Positions 47,816 to 60,970 of a DNA stretch of 64,000 nt are shown here, piece after piece. Origin of the DNA: Octopus sinensis (lineage: Eukaryota); contig NC_043001.1 of assembly GCF_006345805.1 (NCBI RefSeq), forward strand, positions 42,222,001 through 42,286,000, in the 5' to 3' direction. The position numbers and the translations under genes were made by a program. Each line of letters starts with the position of its first letter. Position 1 is the first letter of the stretch. The notes below the pieces were generated by a model. The model did not search any database. It had not been told where the DNA came from and saw nothing but the letters and a program-made list of their open reading frames with translations.

Positions 47816-49099
47816 TATTTGTAAAGTACATAGGAAATACGAACAGACAAAAGCACACACACATACATGCACAAAAAACTGAAACACATGACCATATGCA
47901 CACATGCACATTTCACACACAGACACATACACACATACCTGCACAAGAGAAGACTGAAACACATGACCATATATACACATGCACATTTCACACACAAGGA
48001 CACATGGAAACACACGTCCATACATAACAGATGCACATACATAGTCACACAAACCCATACACATAAACACACACAAACCCATACACATAAACACACACAT
48101 GAACACACAAAAATGTGAAAACACATGAATATGCAGAATACATACATACAAACGTGCACACACACATACATATATATATATATACATACACATACATACA
48201 TATATACATTCTAACACATTCCATAGTGCCTGCCAGCCAAACTACATTACTGGCTTAAGTAACTGACCACTGTCACCCTACTACAACTATGGTAAATAGC
48301 AGGCACAACTGCAATGATTACTGTAGTAGTAGCAGTAGTCAAGATTAAATGCCAGTGAAATTTTCCAAGAAAAAATAACTTTGGCTTTGAAGTACTCTCC
48401 CAAGGAGATAATATTCTCTACCAAAGTAGATACAGTATTAAAGGCTTAGTGTGGTTGCTGCCTTTATAAATACAAAATATGAAAATATTTCTGTTATAGA
48501 ATGGCCTATATCTTGACTGCAAAGGGGAGAGTCTAACAGTTATTCTCCTTTGTAGAGGACAAACTTCAAACATGTTTCTTCTCTTCTTTAGAAGTTCATT
48601 ATATGCAGAATAACTCACAAAATATTGACAAATTATACCAAATATAGCAGATCAAAGCACTCTTTGATTCACTGATTTGCATAGTGAATTCAAGTATAGT
48701 GACATGGAAATCCAAGACAGGATGGCACTAAAACATACAAAACTAACTGACATAGTGAAATTTGTAAAGCAATGGAAGCATGTTTTTACAAAGTCTACAA
48801 AAGGAGTATTATCAATTATGGATTGCTTAGAGTAAAATCCACACCAAACTTTTAGAGATATGAAGTCGTTATCTGAAATTTATATGTGAATGCATATACA
48901 AATACTTCACCTTTAACTATTAATAAGTTTTTGTAGTTAACTAACAACACACATTTGATCGGGTCTAATGCAGGATTTTTAAAGCTAGGCCAACAAATCT
49001 GTTAATTTTACAGAAATACTATTACAGATGCCCAGATAAGCCCAGTCTTTAATGTGAATACAATCTGTTAGCAAGATTGTATGGTGTCCGTTTTTTTTT

Positions 49100-49146
49100 T
49101 AGCATGGAAAACGGACGCTAAACGACGATGATGATGATGATGATGA
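49100..49146 (+). mobile_element. Ultra-short RTE/SINE 3' tail insertion
   Basis: TAGCATGGAAAACGGACGCTAAACGACGATGATGATG. Confidence 0.8.
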
Positions 49147-49415
49147 GTAGAATGGATATTGTATACTTCTGTGTTCAAGTTTTTGCTTTCACAACTGAAA
49201 TCCCTTTCTAGCACATATATTGTATTAAAAAAGGCAAACACAACATTTGAAGAATCTCGAAACTATGTTTGTTCAAAGTTCCCAAAATATCCATCTTCAA
49301 GTTGAGAGTTACAAACTATTTTATTTATATTTATTTGTTTATTTATTTATTGATTGATTGATTAATTGAAAACCTTTAGTAGCTAAAGTCCTTTTGCAAA
49401 ATCCTTTAAAAGCAA

Positions 49416-50520
49416 GAGGGTTAAAATCTCAAGCTCTAAAATTTATATCTTCAGGCTCTGCAACACACTTGAAATTTCGAAATTATGTGAAATAAATAGA
49501 CTTTTCAACCTTGTTTTTTTTTTGTTTCTTTTTAATATTAGGTCACTGAACATATATGTGTTACATGAGGTCTAGATTACACACACATTAAAATAAAATT
49601 ACTTGTAAACTAATTTTTTATTCTTGATACATTTTGGTGATAAAAATAATTAACATTTCCAATTTATTTCAAATAATTTCATGTAACTAAATATTATAAA
49701 TCACTATTTGATGAAAACACTATCAATTCAGAATCCTTTGCTGATGTAGAAGGGTGACTATGATCTGGCTTATTCTTTCTAATCAACCTCTGAATATTCT
49801 GTTTAGATACTGCTTGATGTATTCCACCAATGATCATATTTGTCAAATAAATCTTTTAGTGCATTGTTTTTAAACACATTACACTTTGTTTGAAATGATG
49901 GCACATTTTTCTATTTTTCACAGATTTTAGATAAAAGTTTAAGATTTTCAGTTTAACTGACTCAATCATAACACAAGGGATGGATGCCTTTTGCCAAAGA
50001 ATTATCTTTTCTGGTACAATCTTGACAATTTGTTTAATTGAAGGATCTTTCTTAAGTACATTCTTTTCTTTTTTCTTGTTCAAATAAAACACATTTTAGT
50101 ACGTCCTTGTAAGTTGGAGTAGCAAATATTAGGCATTCAGTTTCATGAGGCATTATTGATTGGCTTATGAGTCATTACTAAATGTAAACAACACTAAATT
50201 TAACACAATCATTAATTTTAATACAATAGCCTAAAGTCAAGGTGCAAAACAGAAAACTTCACACATGTACATGTGTCCATATGCAACAACTGTTGCAGCA
50301 ACACAGGAGAGTTCACACTCCTGTTCTCTTTATAGTCAATTGTATTGAAACTTGGTATGCAACCTCTTAAGGACACTATATTTACTGTTTTGCATTCTGC
50401 TATGTAGAAATCCAAAATTCGACCAAAAATAGCAATTTAAAAAATTTTCAATTGTGTTGCAGAGCCTGAAAAAAAATTTAACTACAAAATTCTTTATACA
50501 CCTTTTCTTATAACCCTAAT
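49416..50520 (-). mobile_element. Sola2-like DNA transposon remnant
   Basis: About 30-bp inverted repeat TTCAGGCTCTGCAACACA.TTGAAA at about 49450 and 50445-50470; minus-strand peptides PTYKDVLKC and ILWQKASIP, which I recognise from Sola2-type transposase N-termini. Confidence 0.45.
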
Positions 50521-51379
50521 TTACAACAAAATATCGATTCTTGGTTACCAATTTTGAAAGTTGCATTTTTCACTCCACCCGAACACCCATATCACTGCTC
50601 CCTTTCCACAACAAAATTATTTAATGATTCTATTGCTCTAAATGAAGATGCATCCACATGACTTTTGATTCTGGTTGATTAATTAAAAAGTGAGTTAGGA
50701 ATGCTGAAGTTGTTTTAGATAGTGCTCAAGAAGCTTCTGACATATCATTCAGTCTCTTTTCTGATATTTAAGAGCCCAATAAAATTAGCAATAAAGTTAT
50801 TATGGATAACAGTCTCATCAGTATGTGCAAACTTACAAAAGGTCTATCGTCACATTTGAAGAAAACAAAGACAATGCTTTCTTTCTTGGCATGGAGATAG
50901 AAATTAACCCCTTAATAATAATAATATTGAGCACTTTTAATATAAACAACAGGATAGTGTTTAAAAGAATGTGAATTTTGTTTGATGTATGTAGCCAATT
51001 CCCATGAAGAATGTTTCACTAAAAATGAATTAAAAGCAAGAAGCATGAGTACACTGAAATTTGTTGCCAATATATTTAACATATCCCCAAATCTCTTGAG
51101 AATAAATTTCAAATAAAGATGTATTACTACCATTATTAATGATATTAATAAGGTAATAATAAGGTGGCCAGAAAGTTCACACAATTACAGACACAATACA
51201 AGGCAAATTTAGATACAGTAGAGTATATAATACTACTTACTAAAATCAGAGCCAAGGCTCAAAAATCACCAGAGGCTCACGATAAAGATACACAATCCAT
51301 ATAGTGTGCTCAGTGTAAATTATGAACACATAAGAAGTACAGTGGAGTCACATGAGGGTTAACAGAAAAAGCAGAAAAC

Positions 51380-52110
51380 AAATTTCTAATATCACATGAT
51401 CTTAACCATGATCATCTTGACTGTATCAAGTGCATAATACCAATAGTGTATAGCAATAGTACCAACTTCAATGATGGAAAGTATTGGTATTGCAAGACAT
51501 GCAAATCAATCCTTAGGCATTCATTTTTCACTGATACTCTCGTTTACATTGCAAAAATACTTGAAATGATATATTGGTGGTCACTTGATAGGAAAGTGAA
51601 ATTCAAATAAGTGGAAGTTTCAGAAAAGATAGTAGTTGATTGGTTTAACATTTTCCAGAGATCAGAGTAGAAGGTATTTGTTGCAATTACTTTGTAGATG
51701 ACCAACTACAAGTTAGTGAACCAGAAGACACTTGAGAACACACAGTAGAAATTCTTTCAAAAATAATAACACTGTGGAGTACCTAGGTCTACACTAGGGT
51801 TTTGGCCATGGTTCAATGCAGAAGAAGCAATCAAGTATATATAGTTCAAATGCCAATCGCAGTGCCACAAGGCTAAGGTTTATCATACATAGATATGTGT
51901 TCCATGAAATGCATGTAACAACTGATATCTGAGCTGTCTACAATCACCAGAGTGTGAATCAGATTTTACTTTAACAATCCAAATGACTGCAATTTAATAC
52001 AAAAACAGCAGAAGGAACTAGGGAAACTGCAAGACAATATTTTGAGCTATGCACAGAACCTTTAATACCCTTTTTGAGAGTTGTACACAGGTATTTCCAG
52101 TTTCATCACC
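51380..52110 (+). mobile_element. Merlin (IS1016/ISXO2-like) transposase remnant
   Basis: DGKYWYCKTCK...SFF, ILEMIYWWS, NRSATRLRFIIHRYV...TTDI*AVY, HQSVNQ, NTKTAEGT; many stops and frameshifts. Confidence 0.7.
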
Positions 52111-52756
52111 TGTAGATGAACTTTTGTAGTGACGTCATTCTTCAGTGAGCGTGTGCAGGGCTGGAACCTTCTGGAAAAGCCTAAGGAAGTTCCCTAATCC
52201 ACATGCGCTAACAACTGGGAAGGAGAATTCTATGGCGTTCATTGAAGAGAGAAGACATGTTTAATGTGCTATCAGCCTATTCTCCTGTCCCAGACGCTTG
52301 GGATTTGACCGGCTCTGTTGCTGCTGGAGTTGTTGTGAGGTTTATCTTTACAAATGTTTAACTTCAGTCTTGCTGTACCTACACCAAGTGGTTACCAATT
52401 TCTTTATGTAAATAACGAAATAAAGTGTCATATTTTTTAAGGTTGCTTTCTTGTTCCTGACACCGGTAGTTTTTGGAAACAAAGAAGGAAATTGTGTTGC
52501 ACCCAAGCAGTGCAAAAGACCTAACCTGTTCCAGACAGTTTCTTTACAGTGGTGACCCCGAGTCTGGTCACTGACCATAGAACACTCAACCAAGATCCAG
52601 TTTCTACCGAGTCTGAACCAGTCAGTCAACAACCATCTCCGCCGGCGTCATCATCATCGTTCAACAATTTTAAGTCGTCTCATGCATTTGACAGCCATTC
52701 CATCGTCAATAGAAAATTTGACTTAAGCTGTTAGTGTTCCAGACAGTTCCTTTACA
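52111..52756 (+). mobile_element. Internally collapsed LTR retrotransposon (5' LTR, tRNA-Trp PBS, short internal part, 3' LTR end)
   Basis: TGTAG...CTTTACA (52111-52548); PBS TGGTGACCCCGA at 52550-52561; LTR 3' end GTTCCAGACAGTT.CTTTACA repeated, ending at 52756. Confidence 0.8.
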
Positions 52757-53021
52757 CTTTCAGCAAGTAGAGTTGTGACCTGAATGTAATATATTTGTTT
52801 ACTCCTTTAGTTTTACACCTGAGTGAATTCTAAATCAGAATAACAATCTTAACCATACCTTCCTCTCAACCCATACCCTACAAACACATATTTTCTTTCT
52901 ATCCTGAAGCCTGATACATGTCTTATATTATTAAATGACTACTAGCAATGAGTAGGTGCAATGAAACCATCTTGGTGGCTAATCATGGTAACACAAAAGG
53001 TCAAAGCCAAAAATATGTCTA

Positions 53022-53115
53022 ATAATAATAATGAAATTATTGTATACAGTGCTCAGATGCACCACAACTTGTCAAAAGTGCGTATAAAGTATATGCAGTA
53101 ATGTAGAGCAAATCT
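53022..53115 (-). mobile_element. CR1-type LINE 3' tail fragment
   Basis: Near-identical to 54540-54620 (AATGAAATTATTGTATACAGTGCTCAG.TGCACCACAACTTGTCAAAAGT). Confidence 0.8.
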
Positions 53116-54527
53116 CTTGACTAAAGTATATACAACTGTACAGTTGATCTGAAAGAAAAGAAAATTGAAATATAGTACTTGTATAACTTTAGTTTATATA
53201 TATGATCAATTTATGATTTCATACTTTATTCCAGTATATTGCCACAGCACTGTATTTACAGACACAGAATCACATAATTTCCTCTATAAATTACAATTTT
53301 TCTTATAATATCTTTCAATAAGTGTATGATGAAACTTACTAAATAAGTTTTTTTCTTTCCCACAAAATAGACTTGTAGATTAGAACATCTTAAACACTGG
53401 CAAATACAGTATTTAGAGAGTCTTGACAAGGGCAATAACTCTGTAAGCATTAAGTTTATATATACAGCATAGTTAGTCCACATTGCTTCATTAAGATCAT
53501 AGGGTCAGTTTCCCAGTCTCTCTGGGATATATTTTCCTCCCAAGATGGGATGCTGGTTCGTTGTAGGATTAGTCAGTTTTACCAGCTGAGTGGACTGGAG
53601 CTATGTGAAATAAAGTGTTTTGCTCAAAAACACAACACATTGCCTGGTCCAGGAATTGAAACCACAAGTCCAGCACATTAAACCACAAAGCCATGCACCT
53701 CCACATCCACATATATACAGCGTACTCTTGGATAAAAATTCAAATTCAGTTACTAACAGAGAAATAGATAAGAATATTAAAACTTTTTTTTAGTATTTAC
53801 AATTATTATGTAGTTAACATGGGATGATAACCAGGAATAAAAGGGTTCTAAAGTGCGGATGAAGAACTTGTAAAAATACCAGGAATTTGAACCGGTACAT
53901 CTGCACTTTAAAAAGTGCTGAAGCTGCTTCATTTTTCCCCATCATGTATGCAGCTCACTTATGAGATTGTACTGTATTTATTTATATATATAGTATGCAC
54001 ATTTTGTCAAACTTAGGTGCGTACATTATACATCAGAACTAAATGTCACCTGCTTTTCTTTCCAGTGTATGACTATATTCTGTATGTTTTAGTGTTTTAG
54101 CTATTGTCCAAGCTAAATAATGTCTAATGAAGAGTTTAAATCACTATAATAATGTTAATTTTCTATGATAGTAACAATACATTAAATGTTGATTATATTT
54201 TAGTACAGATTCAGTCCTACTGCATGACACCTTGGGGTCAAGTTAGGTCGAATATAAATTTTGAACTATGATAGAGTTTAGGTAATATATTCTCTACAGT
54301 GATGTATTCAGGTAGTTAAAGTGGGAAAAGAGTCCTTTAAGTTCTTCAAGTATGCATGAAATTATTTTTAATTTGTTGAAATAATTCAACTTCTCATTCA
54401 GAGTTGATAACAATTATTTCCCACAAGATAAATGTCGATTAGCTTTTGTCACCATATTTCTGTTGAAATACATTGCCTTTGTTTTAATTTTGAAAATAAT
54501 GAAGAATTTAATAAAATAAGTTAGTCA

Positions 54528-55110
54528 TAATAATAATAATATAATAATGAAATTATTGTATACAGTGCTCAGGTGCACCACAACTTGTCAAAAGTAAGTA
54601 TAAAGCATGTGCTGTAATGTACAAATGTCTGGAAAGTGAACAGTGTATGAATCAGATATATGCTTGCATGTGTATGGAGGGGCGAAAATCAGGTGTAATG
54701 TTGTCGAATCTCAGGAAGCATGGAAGTTTTGAAGGATGCAGTGCTCCAACAACTAACAACTGATTCCGGCAGTTTCTTCCATACTTCAGCAACTCTTAGC
54801 ATGAAAAAATGTTTCCGAAAGTCATGGGAGCTGAGCTGTTTTCTGACTTTGTAAACATGTCCATGGGTGTTAGACAGGTGGAGTTTGAAAAGGTGCTCAG
54901 AGTTATTGTTTGTAAGATGGTTAATAATTTTATGGGTGTCTGCCAAGTCAGCTGCCAGACGTCGGTTTTTCTATGTATCCATGCCCAGTAAGGCGTTCAG
55001 AATATGGCAAATGCCTGATTGAGGGTATTCTCTTGGTTGCACGTCACTGAACGGCTTCCTGACGATTAATATCCTGGGCAAGATAGGGGTTCCAGACCGG
55101 TGTTTGGAAA
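54528..55110 (-). mobile_element. CR1-type LINE 3' end
   Basis: PVWNPYLAQDI..EAVQ*RATKRIP...LPYSERL and THGHVYKV...RKHFFMLRVAEVWKKLPESVV...SFK; ATT-repeat tail. Confidence 0.85.
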
Positions 55111-55355
55111 TTTTTATGGAAAGTTTTCATGTAGATTTTGTATCATGGAACTAAGGGAGGTCTTGGATGGGTTGATATCAAAATGGTTAAATTAAGTATT
55201 TATCATGAGTGCTATTAAATCCACCTTGTTATCTAAATTTATACCACTGGCTACTTTGATTTATTTTCACTTAACACATGCAAATTACTCTTGGCAAAGA
55301 ATATTATTTATTCTTTTATGTTAAATTGTCCATATCTGCTTGGAAGCAAGGATTA

Positions 55356-55395
55356 TATGCTGATGAAACTGAACTGTTGTCGAAATGCATCCATA
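55356..55395 (+). ncRNA. Minimal type I hammerhead motif, slightly decayed
   Basis: tatg-CTGATGA-aac...gtc-GAAA-t(gc)-ATC-cata; palindromic helix III ATGCAT; A.C mismatch at base of helix II. Confidence 0.55.
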
Positions 55396-56344
55396 ATTGT
55401 CCCTTATCTTTTAAACAAAGATCAGATTCTTCTATTTTCTAAAGCATTTTAATTCAAACTTTTCTAAAATTCTTGAAATTATCTCCCCTCCTCAGATTTG
55501 ACAACAATTTCAATTAGGTTTTCCTTTTTCTCTTCTATCCATGAGGGAAAATTCAATTATATAAAGAATTTATTGTGTTCAATAGTCAGTACGCCCTATC
55601 CTATCCACTTTATTATCCAAATTCAATATACAGGCCTCTTTATTTTCCTTTGGTTCCTTTTTGAAATGTATATATGGCCACAGAGAATTGACTGTATTTG
55701 ACTATAGAGAAATTACTGTTGACTATATCAGATAATTCCAACAGCTGTGTGAATGTGTGTGTGTGTGTGTTATATGAAGCTGAAGTTTCTTCCATAATTC
55801 CTATTGAGTAACATTCAAGTCCACTTTAAAGAGGAATACTATTCAACCTTTCAAAAGTAGAAAATATCATTACATGTTGCTCACTTTGATAATCTCACTA
55901 TTAGAGGAACTATTGAATTATGGAGGAAAAACACAACACTACTAGTAACAGTGAGAATAGTAGCATTTATAAAAGATCACATCTGGCCCCATTAACCAAA
56001 CATCCTCTCTGAATCCATAGTTCTATATCAAGAATTGGGATCCTTGATGTAGAATTAGCAGGTAAGCATGTATATACATAGACACAAGTATGTGCACTTA
56101 ACTCTAAGTTTGGTGTAAAAGTATTTAATAAATGAGAGTGGGGTAGATGGAAAAGTTAAATTAGCTTTTAGTTCATACCATAGATAATCTAAAAAATTTT
56201 ATGTTTACAGTTGTCTTTTAGTTCATATCCCCAAATATCTTCACATGTTAATGCATCTTAATAACAGTGATACATAAATTTTTCTTCTTTAGTATGAATT
56301 ATGTAGAGTTCCTGACACTACAACATTTCACATTTTGTGTAAAT

Positions 56345-56605
56345 TAGACAGTTTGACTGAAACTGGTAAGTTGGAGGACTGCACCAAGTTCCAATCTGAT
56401 TTGGCATAGTTTCTATCACCAACCACTCCAAGAGCATAATGGGTGCTTTTTACATGCCACTAGCATGGGTGCCAGTTAAGTCACACTGGCATTGGCCACT
56501 ACAATTCCACTTGGTGTGACAAGTCTTCTCAAGCATGATATATCACTAAAGGTCTCAGTCACTTGTCATTGCCTCCATGAGGCCCAACGTTTGAAGATCA
56601 TGCCT
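56345..56605 (-). mobile_element. Decayed RTE 3' end
   Basis: Reverse complement of the 17850-18250 type 3' region (CTTCAAACGTTGGGCCTCATGGAGGCAATGAC...GGCATGTAAAAAGCACCC). Confidence 0.8.
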
Positions 56606-56659
56606 TGCATTACTTTTTCTCCAACATGATTCTGATCCAGTTGAAATCAACCATAATTT

Positions 56660-59600
56660 TTTTCCAACTATCATTAATCTTTTTCACCAAACACTACTTT
56701 CAATTTTTATTTTGCAAATAGTATCCAATATCCTTCACTATCAGTGAAGACAAAGAGCATTAGGTTGATGAAAAGATAGTTACCAATGAGATTTGGCTTG
56801 TAAGTATCAAGAAAAATATAATTTAAAACAACACTTTATTTGAAAAAAAAATTGTAACAGAAAAAAAAGCATAAATAATTATTGGGAAAGAATAAAAAAA
56901 ATTTTTAAATTAGATACCCCAAATAGTATTTTTTACCATCAAAGGAATGAAACTGTTAATAGCAAATTTGTGAAGTATTTCACCCAAATAATTGGACTTC
57001 AGAATTAAGAAGGGTAATTTTTCTAAACACAGATAAATTCACACAAGAGTAAATATTTTATCACATAATTGAACTGTCAAAATCATTATCACAGTGATTA
57101 TGGCAGCCAATATGAGAGACAGGAAAAAACAGCAAGTAGAAAAAAAAAAAGCAAGAAAAGAAAAAAAATTAAAAGGAAAATTACTCTTAGCTTTACATTA
57201 TAATAGACATATTCCCATAAAATTCTCAGTCAACATTTTCATTATGAGAACATAATTTACTGAATAACTATAAGTTTACTAAGTCAGGAAGTGAAATGAT
57301 ACATGTTTGAACATCAATGTGGATTTTTCGGAAATTGTTGATACTAGCTATAATATAGTAGAAGATCTATAAATTTGCAACAAATACAGCACTTAAAAAT
57401 AGGAACTAAATAAATGGAGTGTATTTAGAAATACAAAATTTCTTGGGCAAGAACCATTCAATGATATTTTGAAAGATTTCTAAATGGCTTCCACACTCAA
57501 ACATTAGGTCAAAGTGTAAAATAAAAAGAATGAAAAGCATTTTAATGCTTATCTTATTTAGCACTTTGAATTTCAGCCAATACTGGCTGCTATATGGAAG
57601 ATATGACTATACTCTTCATGGCTCATAAAATGTATAAGATTATTTCCCCAATGAAAGGGCTGTTATCTAAATATAACAATAGATAATGGATCAAAGAAAC
57701 CATGTAACCAAGTATTTGATAGTGTTATCACAACAGAAGAATGGAAATTGGTCTTTATCATCTCATTACCTAAGGAAAGAGAACCTCAGAATATGAGCAA
57801 CTATTGAGATGTTTCAATTGCGAATCATGGTACAAAATTGTTAAACTATATTGACAACTCTTTGTTTATAGGTCAGAAGTTTAAACCATCTCAATGGTCT
57901 CAAAGCAAATATTTGTGTTAAAAAAATATCTGAGAAACAGAATATTATGATATAGACCCATCATTACATTTGTTGGTTATCATGCAAAGCATACTAACTG
58001 GTTTTATTATCTACAGTCATTGCTGTATGCAATCTCTTTGACTTCTCTTTATAATGATTTAGTAAATGGTATTAACATTGCAACCATAAATATTAAAAGA
58101 AATGGGAAAGAATGACCAGCTTAGTTGAACTTTTCGTGTCCATTCAAATCTGCCAGAGAAAAACATATTGGAATCTGTGTTATTTTTTAAGACACTGTAG
58201 TTACTTTGTAGTCATTACTATTAGTAATTCAACAATAGTTCCAATGGCAAAAAAAAAGCCACTGGAACTAATCATGTCATTCCTTGAAGTGTTCTATAGA
58301 AAATGTTCATATAGAAAAGAAAACATACCACTGTGAAATGTGTGATAAAATATTATCAACTAATAGCATCGCACTATATTCTAACGTATATATATTTAGA
58401 TGCTACTGTGAAATTTGTGGGAAGCATTTACACCAATCATTTATCTGTATATAACAGATTGAAATGGAAGAGTCCATAAAAATTATGTTAAAGAAATTTT
58501 TTTCTGAATGTAAACACATATATCTATATGTGAAAATAAAATCTGTTTCAAAGCTCTGAATTTTTCAGTATCTGTTTGAGCTAAACTGTTGCAGAATTCC
58601 ACAACTGCCTTGTTTCACAGAAAGGAAAATGAATATAGTAGCAAGGTGTGTTACTTTACAACAAGGCTCTAAAACAATATGGCATAACATTTTAGTACAC
58701 CAACTCAAATTATAACAATCTGAGTATTTAAGAACAAGAATTCTTCATCAGTGATGAACTTCTCCAGTGAAGAGATAAATGGAAGTAAAATATATTTAAT
58801 TCACATCAACAATTTTTGCCAAACACTACTTTGACATTATACTCTGTAAACAGTATCCAATATCCTTGATTATCATTTGAAAATTAAACAAAACTGGATT
58901 TATATAGGAAAAAAAAAAGCATAATGCAAAACAGTTATTGAGAAGGAATGCACATAACCAACATCCACTAAATGGTGTTCTTTTGCCATCAAAAGAATGA
59001 AACTATATCAATAGCAAATTTGTGAAGTATTTCTCCAAAATAATTGAACTTCAGACAACTTATTTAAAAAGAGGTCATTTATCTAAACACAAACGGATTC
59101 ACACCTGAGTAAAAATACTTCTGCCCCATAAACTTAATTTGTTAAAATCATTATGAGAATGATGATGGTTGCAAACAACAGAAAAAACAAAAACAATAAA
59201 CACATAGGAATAAAAAAAAAAACAGGAATTAGGATAAAAAATGTTTCTCTTAGTGTTATATTTTTGAAGATAGATTTTGATAGGAACAGTATATTTGTTA
59301 AATAAAGTAAAGTTTATTGAATTAGGAACTAGAATAACATACATCTGAGCCATCAATGAGGGTCTTTGGAAATTGTTGATACTAGAAAGTATCACCGAAA
59401 GTATATATAAACTTAGTTCTCCAAAAGTTTCAATAAACTCTGCTAGAAACAATGAAGATTAATTAAATAGAGTGCATTTAGAAATGTAAAGGTATGCAAA
59501 TATGGGAGTGAACTATTCAAATTTCTGAATGAATTACAACTGACTTTCACACTCAAGTACAGGTGATACAAGAATTAAAGAGTAGGAAATAAAGTATCAA

Positions 59601-60140
59601 CAATTTCTAAAAACTCACATAGATGGTTCAGATCTGTGGAACTTCAGTTCCTGATTGATTAAACTTCACTTGAGCTAATATGCTTTTCCTATTAACAAAA
59701 AGCGCTGTCATCTGAATATAAGAATAGTTAATGAAGCAACAAGTATAGAGGAAACATCTTGTAAAGAAACCATGTAATCAAGTAGCTGAAAGTGGTATCA
59801 GGCTTTATCATCTCATCACCAAAAAAAGTAAGAGAACCATAAAACTTAAGCAACTACTGAGAAGTTTCAATTGTGAATTATAAGGCAAAAGTGTTAAAGC
59901 ACATTTATTTAAGTAATAACCAGGATTGACTGCTCTTTGTTCATAATTCAGAAGTTCAAACCATTCCAAAGCTTTCAAAGAAAGAATATGTGTTATAATT
60001 GAATCTTTGAGAAAGAGCGTAGAATGAAGCAGACCCATTATCATCATGACTATTGGTTTAAAAATAAGCATTCATTACTATTAACTGCAAATATTTGTTT
60101 GAGATACTGTAAACAAAGAATATTGGAACTGCAATACAAA
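56660..60140 (+). pseudogene. Two diverged tandem segments (about 56660-58520 and 58800-60140) carrying decayed C2H2 zinc-finger and RT fragments
   Basis: Shared blocks (CCAAACACTACTTT, AATAGCAAATTTGTGAAGTATTTC, AAAGAAACCATGTAA); peptides HLSKHKRIHT, KTYHCEMCDK, YCEICGK, and EEWKLVFIISLPK...NY. Confidence 0.65.
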
Positions 60141-60289
60141 GTATGTATATATATTTAAAAAATTGACTTAATGATAAATGGCAGGAAACCAAATGATTTC
60201 GTGGTGACTAAAGTATATTACACTGTTGTCTTACAAGTTCATCAGAATAAAGATAGAATAGTGTAGTGATTCAAACCCTAACTGTAAGA

Positions 60290-60970
60290 TAGAAGTGAGC
60301 CACCACTTATTTAATCTGTTAGGTGCAGAAAGAATTCATACTACAGTTTATCACTCCATGTCTAACAGAATGATCAAACATTTTCATCACCAACTTAAAG
60401 CAGCTTTATGAGAATATATTGATTCGAAGAGACGGTTAGAAGCCCTGCTGATTGCATTACTAGGTTTATGTACTGCTATTAAGGAAGTTACTTCCCAGGA
60501 GAATCACTGTACAGTTCAGCACTTAAGCTACTTAGTCAAACAGTAATCAACAGCATGATCCTACTGGCTATAGTCATCAACTGCAAAGTTACATGGTAGA
60601 GTTACCTCCATTAAGTACAAGGCTGCAGTCAATTAAAACTTTCATCCCATTCAGCATAAATACCTGAACTCGTGTCTTCATGTGCAGTTAAGCATCCTTT
60701 GCACACTGTTTATCCTGGTCTATACTATGTACTAAAAAATAAACTGAAATATATGACCTTCGACATACAGGGATGGCAGGAGACTGTCAGTGTTGACAGA
60801 CTTAAGTAGGCTTTTGTCAAGTCAATACCTCTATCAAAACAATTGTCTTTCTCATCTACCACACCCAAACAATTCAAACAAGAAAATAACACATTATCCA
60901 ACATTGCACCTCACACAGACAGGATAACCAAAAATAGCAGAAAAGTCTATTGGCCAGCTAATTACACTTG
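60290..60970 (+). mobile_element. Gypsy-type integrase C-terminal remnant
   Basis: LLGAERIHTTVYHSMSNRMIKHFHHQLKAAL, LLGLCTAIKE, PGLYYVL, VSVDRLK*AF. Confidence 0.8.

Noticed and set aside
48340-48900. Possible hAT/Buster transposase remnant (EYYQLWI...)
   Set aside because: Only one weak motif; not enough to call.
53340-53440. Minus-strand candidate exon (ELLPLSRLSKYC...)
   Set aside because: Weak polypyrimidine tract, unrecognised peptide, and located among TE debris.
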